From: Eledone cirrhosa
Lineage: Eukaryota
Direction: 5' to 3'
Assembly: GCA_964016885.1 (NCBI GenBank)
Contig: OZ024746.1
Coordinates: 52,390,001 to 52,454,000, forward strand
DNA length: 64,000 nt
The position numbers were made by a program, and so were the translations under genes. Of this stretch, positions 58,979-64,000 are shown piece by piece. The notes below the pieces were generated by a model, which saw only the letters and a program-made list of their open reading frames with translations, did not search any database and was not told where the DNA came from. Each line of letters begins with the position of its first letter. Position 1 is the stretch's first letter.

Positions 58979-61900
58979 TAGTCAGTTGTTGCTGAGATGG
59001 TAGTGTTGTTGTTGTTATTGTAGTTAGTGGTTGCTGAGATGGTAGTGTTGTTGTTGTTATTGTAGTTAGTGGTTGCAGTGATGGTAGTGTTGTTGTTGTT
59101 GTTATTGTAGTTAGTGGTTGCTGTGATGGTAGTGTTGTTGTTGTTATTCTAGTTAGTGGTTGCTGTGATGGTAATGTTGTTGTTGTTGTTATTGTTATTG
59201 TAGTTAGTGGTTGTTGTGATGGTAGTGTTGTTGTTGTTGTTATTGTAGTTAGTGGTTGCTGTGATGGTAGTGTTGTTGTTGTTGTTATTGTTATTGTAGT
59301 TAGTGGTTGTTGTGATGGTAGTGTTGTTGTTATTGTTATTGTAGTTAGTGGTTGTTGTGATGGTAGTGTTGTTGTTGTTGTTATTGTAGTTAGTGGTTGC
59401 TGTGATGGTAGTGTTGTTGTTGTTGTTATTGTTATTGTAGTTAGTGGTTGTTGTGATGGTGGTGTTGTTGTTATTGTTATTGTAGTTAGTGGTTGTTGTG
59501 ATGGTAGTGTTGTTGTTGTTATTGTAGTGAGAGGTTGCTGAGATGGTAGTGTTGTTGTTGTTGTTATTGTAGTTAGTGGTTGCTGTGATGGTAGTGTTGT
59601 TTTTGTTATTGTAGTTAGTGGTTGCTGTGATGCTAGTGTTGTTTTTGTTATTGTAGTTAGTGGTTGCTGTGATGCTAGTGTTGTTGTTGTTATTGCAGTT
59701 AATGGTTGCTGTGATGGTAGCGTTGTTGTTGTTGTTATTGTAGTTAGTGGTTGCTGTGATGGTAGTGTTGTTGTTGTTATTGTAGTTAGTGGTTGCTGTG
59801 ATGGTAGTGTTGTTGTTATTGTTATTGTAGTTAGAGGTTGCTGCGATGGTAGTGTTGTTGTTGTTGTAATTGTAGTTAGTTGTTGCTGAGATGGTAGTGT
59901 TGTTGTTGTTGTTATTGTAGTTAGTGGTTGCTCAGATGGTCGTGTTGTTGTTGTTATTGTAGTTAGTGGTTGCTCAGATGGTCGTGTTGTTGTTGTTGTT
60001 ATTGTAGTTAGTGGTTGCTGTGATGCTAGTGTTGTTTTTGTTATTGTAGTTAGTGGTTGCTGTGATGCTAGTGTTGTTGTTGTTATTGTAGTTAATGGTT
60101 GCTGTGATGGTTGCGTTGTTGTTGTTGTTATTGTAGTTAGTGGTTGCTGTGATGCTAGTGTTGTTGTTGTTATTATTGTTATTGTAGTTAGTGGTTGTTG
60201 TGATGGTAGTGTTGTTGTTATTGTTATTGTAGTTAGAGGTTGCTGCGATGGTAGTGTTGTTGTTGTTGTTATTGTAGTTAGTGGTTGTTGTGATGGTAGT
60301 GTTGTTGTTGTTATTCTTATTAGTGGTTGCTGTGTTGGTAGTGTTGTTGTTGTTATTGTAGTTAGTGGTTGCTGTGATGGTAGTGTTGTTGTTGTTATTG
60401 TAGTTAGTGCTTGCTGTGATGGTAGTGTTGTTGTTATTGTTATTGTAGTTAGCCGTTGCTGCGATGGTAGTGTTGTTGTTGTTGTTATTGTAGTTAGTGG
60501 TTGTTGTGATGGTAGTATTGTTGTTGTTGTTATTGTAGTTAGTGGTTGCTGTGATGGTAGTGTTGTTGTTGTTATTGTAGTTAGTGGTTGCTGAGATGGT
60601 AGTGTTGTTGTTGTTATTGTAGTTAGTGGTTGCTGTGATGGTAGTTTTGTTGTTGTTGTTATTGTAGTTAGAGGTTGCTGTGATGGTAGTGTTGTTGTTG
60701 TTGCTATTGTAGTTAGAGGTTGCTGTGATGGTAGTGTTGTTGTTGTTGTTATTGTAGTTAGAGGTTTCTGTGATGGTAGTGTTGTTGTTGTTATTGTAGT
60801 GAGAGGTTGCTGAGATGGTAGTGTTGTTGTTGTTGTTATTGTAGTTAGTGGTTGCTGTGATGGTAGTGTTATTTTTGTTATTGTAGTTAGTGGTTGCTGT
60901 GATGCTAGTGTTGTTTTTGTTAATGTAGTTAGTGGGTGCTGTGATGCTAGTGTTGTTGTTGTTATTGTAGTTAATGGTTGCTGTGATGGTAGCGTTGTTG
61001 TTGTTGTTATTGTAGTTAGTGGTTGCTGTGATGCTAGTGTTGTTGTTGTTATTATTGTTATTGTAGTTAGTGGTTGTTGTGATGGTAGTGTTGTTGTTAT
61101 TGTTATTGTAGTTAGAGGTTGCTGCGATGGTAGTGTTGTTGTTGTTGTTATTGTAGTTAGTGGTTGTTGTGATGGTAGTGTTGTTGTTGTTATTCTTATT
61201 AGTGGTTGCTGTGTTGGTAGTGTTGTTGTTGTTATTGTAGTTAGTGGTTGCTGTGATGGTAGTGTTGTTGTTGTTATTGTAGTTAGTGGTTGCTGTGATG
61301 GTAGTGTTGTTGTTATTGTTATTGTAGTTAGAGGTTGCTGCGATGGTAGTGTTGTTGTTGTTGTTATTGTAGTTAGTGGTTGTTGTGATGGTAGTGTTGT
61401 TGTTGTTATTTTAGTTAGTGGTTGCTGTGATGGTAGTGTTGTTGTTGTTATTGTAGTTAGTGGTTGCTGTGATGGTAGTGTTGTTGTTGTTATTGTAGTT
61501 AGTGGTTGCTGTGATGGTAGTGTTGTTGTTGTTGTTGTAGTTAGTGGTTGCTGTGATGGTAGTGTTGTTGTTATTGTAGATAGTGGTTGCTGAGATGATA
61601 GTGTTGTTGTTGTTATTGTAGTTAGTGGTTGCTGTGATGGTAGTTTTGTTGTTGTTGTTATTGTAGTTAGAGGTTGCTGTGATGGTAGTGTTGTTGTTGT
61701 TGCTATTGTAGTTAGAGGTTGCTGTGATGGTAGTGTTGTTGTTGTTGTTATTGTAGTTAGAGGTTGCTGTGATGGTAGTGTTGTTGTTGTTATTGTAGTT
61801 AGTGGTTGCTGTGATGGTAGTGTTGTTGTTGTTGTTATTGTAGTTAGTGGTTGTTGTGATGGTAGTGTTGTTGTTGTTATTCTTGTTAGTGGTTGCTGTG

Positions 61901-62699
61901 GTGGTAGTGTTGTTGTTGTTATTGTAGTTAGTGGTTGCTGTGATGGTAGTGTTGTTGTTGTTATTGTAGTTAGTGGTTGCTGAGATGCTAGTGTTGTTGG
62001 TGTTGTTGTAGTTAGTGGTTGCTGTGATGGTAGTGTTGTTGTTGTTATTGTAGTTAGTGGTTGCTGTGATGATAGTGTTGTTGTTGTTGTTATTGTATTT
62101 AGTGGTTGCTGTGATGGTAGTGTTGTTGTTGTTATTGTAGTTAGTGGTTGCTGAGATGCTAGTGTTGTTGTTGTTGTTATTGTAGTTAGTAGTTGCTGTG
62201 ATGGTAGTGTTGTTGGTGTTATTGTAGTTAGTGGTTGCTGAGATGGTAGTGCTGTTGTTGTTGTTGTTATTGTATTTAGTGGTTGCTGTGATGGTAGTGT
62301 TGTTGTTGTAGTTATTGTAGTTAGTGGTTACTGTGATGGTAGTGTTGTTGTTGTTATTGTAGTTAGTGGTTGCTGTGATGGTAGTGTTGTTGTTGTTGTT
62401 GTAGTTAGTGGTTGCTGTGATGGTAGTGTTGTTGTTGTTGTAGTTAGTGGTTGCTGTGATGGTAGTGTTGTTGTTGTTATTGTAGTTAGTGGTTGCTGAG
62501 ATGGTAGTGTTGTTGTTGTTATTGTAGTTAGAGATTGATAAGTTGGTAGTGTTGTTGTTGTTATTGTAGTTAGTGGTTGCTGTGATGGTAGTGTTGTTGT
62601 TGTTATTGTAGCTAGTGGTTGCTGAGATGGTAGTGTTGTTGTTGTTGTTATTGTAGTTAGTGGTTGCTATGATGGTAGTGTTGTTGTTGTTGCTATTGG

Positions 62700-62736
<37 letters not shown>

Positions 62737-62853
62737 ATTGTAGTCAGTTGTTGCTGAGATGGTAGTGTTGTTGTTGTTGTATTGTAGTTAGGGGTTGCTG
62801 AGATGGTAGTGTTGTTGTTGTTATTGTAGTTAGTGGATGCTGTGATGGTACTC

Positions 62854-62886
<33 letters not shown>

Positions 62887-64000
62887 TTGTAGTCAGTTGT
62901 TGCTGAGATGGTAGTGTTGTTGTTGTTATTGTAGTTAGTGGTTGCTGAGATGGTAGTGTTGTTGTTGTTATTGTAGTTAGTGGTTGCAGTGATGGTACTG
63001 TTGTTGTTGTTGTTATTGTAGTTAGTGGTTGCTGTGATGGTAGTGTTGTTGTTGTTATTCTAGTTAGTGGTTGCTGTGATGGTAATGTTGTTGTTGTTGT
63101 CATTGTTATTGTAGTTAGTGGTTGTTGTTATTGTAGTTAGTGGTTGCTGTGATGGTAGTGTTGTTGTTGTTGTTATTGTTATTGTAGTTAGTGGTTGTTG
63201 TGATGGTAGTGTTGTTATTATTGTTATTGTAGTTAGAGGTTGCTGTGATGGGAGTGTTGTTGTTATTCTAGTTAGTGGTTGCTGTGATGCTAGTGTTGTT
63301 GTTGTTGTTATTGTTATTGTAGTTAGTGGTTGTTGTGATCGTAGTGTTGTTGTTATTGTTATTGTAGTTAGTGGTTGTTGTGCTGGTAGTGTTGTTGTTG
63401 TTATTGTAGTGAGAGGTTGCTGAGATGGTAGTGTTGTTGTTGTTGTTATTGTAGTTAGTGGTTGCTGTGATGGTAGTGTTGTTTTTGTTATTGTAGTTAG
63501 TGGTTGCTGTGATGCTAGTGTTGTTGTTGTTATTGTAGTTAATGGTTGCTGTGATGGTAGCGTTGTTGTTGTTGTTATTGTAGTTAGTGGTTGCTGTGAT
63601 GCTAGTGTTGTTGTTGTTATTATTGTTATTGTAGTTAGAGGTTGCTGCGATGGTAGTGTTGTTGTTGTTGTTATTGTAGTTAGTGGTTGTTGTGATGGTA
63701 GTGTTGTTGTTGTTATTCTTATTAGTGGTTGCTGTGTTGGTAGTGTTGTTGTTGTTATTGTAGTTCGTGGTTGCTGAGATGATAGTGTTGTTATTGTAGT
63801 AATTGTAGTTAGTTGTTGCTGAGATGGTAGTGTTGTTGTTGTTGTTATTGTAGTTAGTGGTTGCTCAGATAGTCGTGGTGTTGTTGTTGTTATTGTAGTT
63901 AGTGGTTTCTCAGATGGTCATGTTGTTGTTGTTGTTATTGTAGTTAGTGGTTGCTGAGATGGTAGTGTTGTTGTTGTTGTAATTGTAGTTATTTGTTGCT

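Larger units (their letters stand above)
18845..64000. repeat. Satellite array >45 kb (runs off the window); monomer GTTATTGTAGTTAGTGGTTGCTG(T/A)GATGGTAGT(GTT)2-5, mostly 42 or 45 bp
   Basis: Uninterrupted tandem monomers in a single orientation. Length varies almost only through GTT triplet number. No inserted element or inversion seen. Confidence 0.98.

Noticed and set aside
18845-64000. Satellite as a giant mucin-like (TTTTLPSQQPLTTI)n, (NNNTTITATTNY)n or (VVIVVSGCCDGS)n coding exon; the commonest variant (TCA/TCT) is synonymous in the Thr frame
   Set aside because: Nonsense variants occur in every frame (gctatgat, ggttactg, attttagtt, attctagtt, gctcagat, gctgagat), and frameshift variants have been amplified with the higher-order repeats. 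Long open stretches follow from base composition and triplet structure.
18845-64000. CRISPR-like array (constant core plus variable part)
   Set aside because: The variable part is only GTT copy number; there are no unique spacers or cas genes, and the context is eukaryotic.
1-64000. Host taxon assignment (repeat landscape reminiscent of cephalopod genomes)
   Set aside because: An impression only; no diagnostic host gene in the window.

Overview
Eukaryotic, probably animal, repeat-only DNA with no host gene. Bases 1-17.9 kb are a head-to-tail, same-orientation (minus strand) array of four Tx1-clade (L1 group) non-LTR retrotransposon copies from two distinct families. Family A: element 1 (<1-5312) and element 2 (5320-11031). 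Family B: element 3 (11053-16336) and the 5'-truncated element 4 (16414-17906). Full-length copies carry an ORF1 with a CCHC knuckle and an ORF2 with APE endonuclease, RT and a C-terminal CCHC motif; all copies are disrupted. Every junction is a (GATA)n/(TATC)n tract, and the visible 3' ends run from AATAAA straight into (TATC)n with no poly(A). This suggests a GATA-microsatellite-targeting retrotransposon system that builds its own tandem array. Both families share 3'UTR structures, an unannotated ORF1 C-terminal domain, and a splice-acceptor-like tract just before ORF2 (family A ORF2 has no AUG). Bases 17.9-18.8 kb are a compound microsatellite/purine-rich spacer. Bases 18.85-64 kb are one G+T-rich satellite with a ~39-48 bp monomer, GTTATTGTAGTTAGTGGTTGCTGTGATGGTAGT(GTT)n, and nested higher-order repeats of ~90 bp, 225 bp, ~2.1-2.4 kb and 3088 bp. 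All analysis was by eye; no database searches were run.
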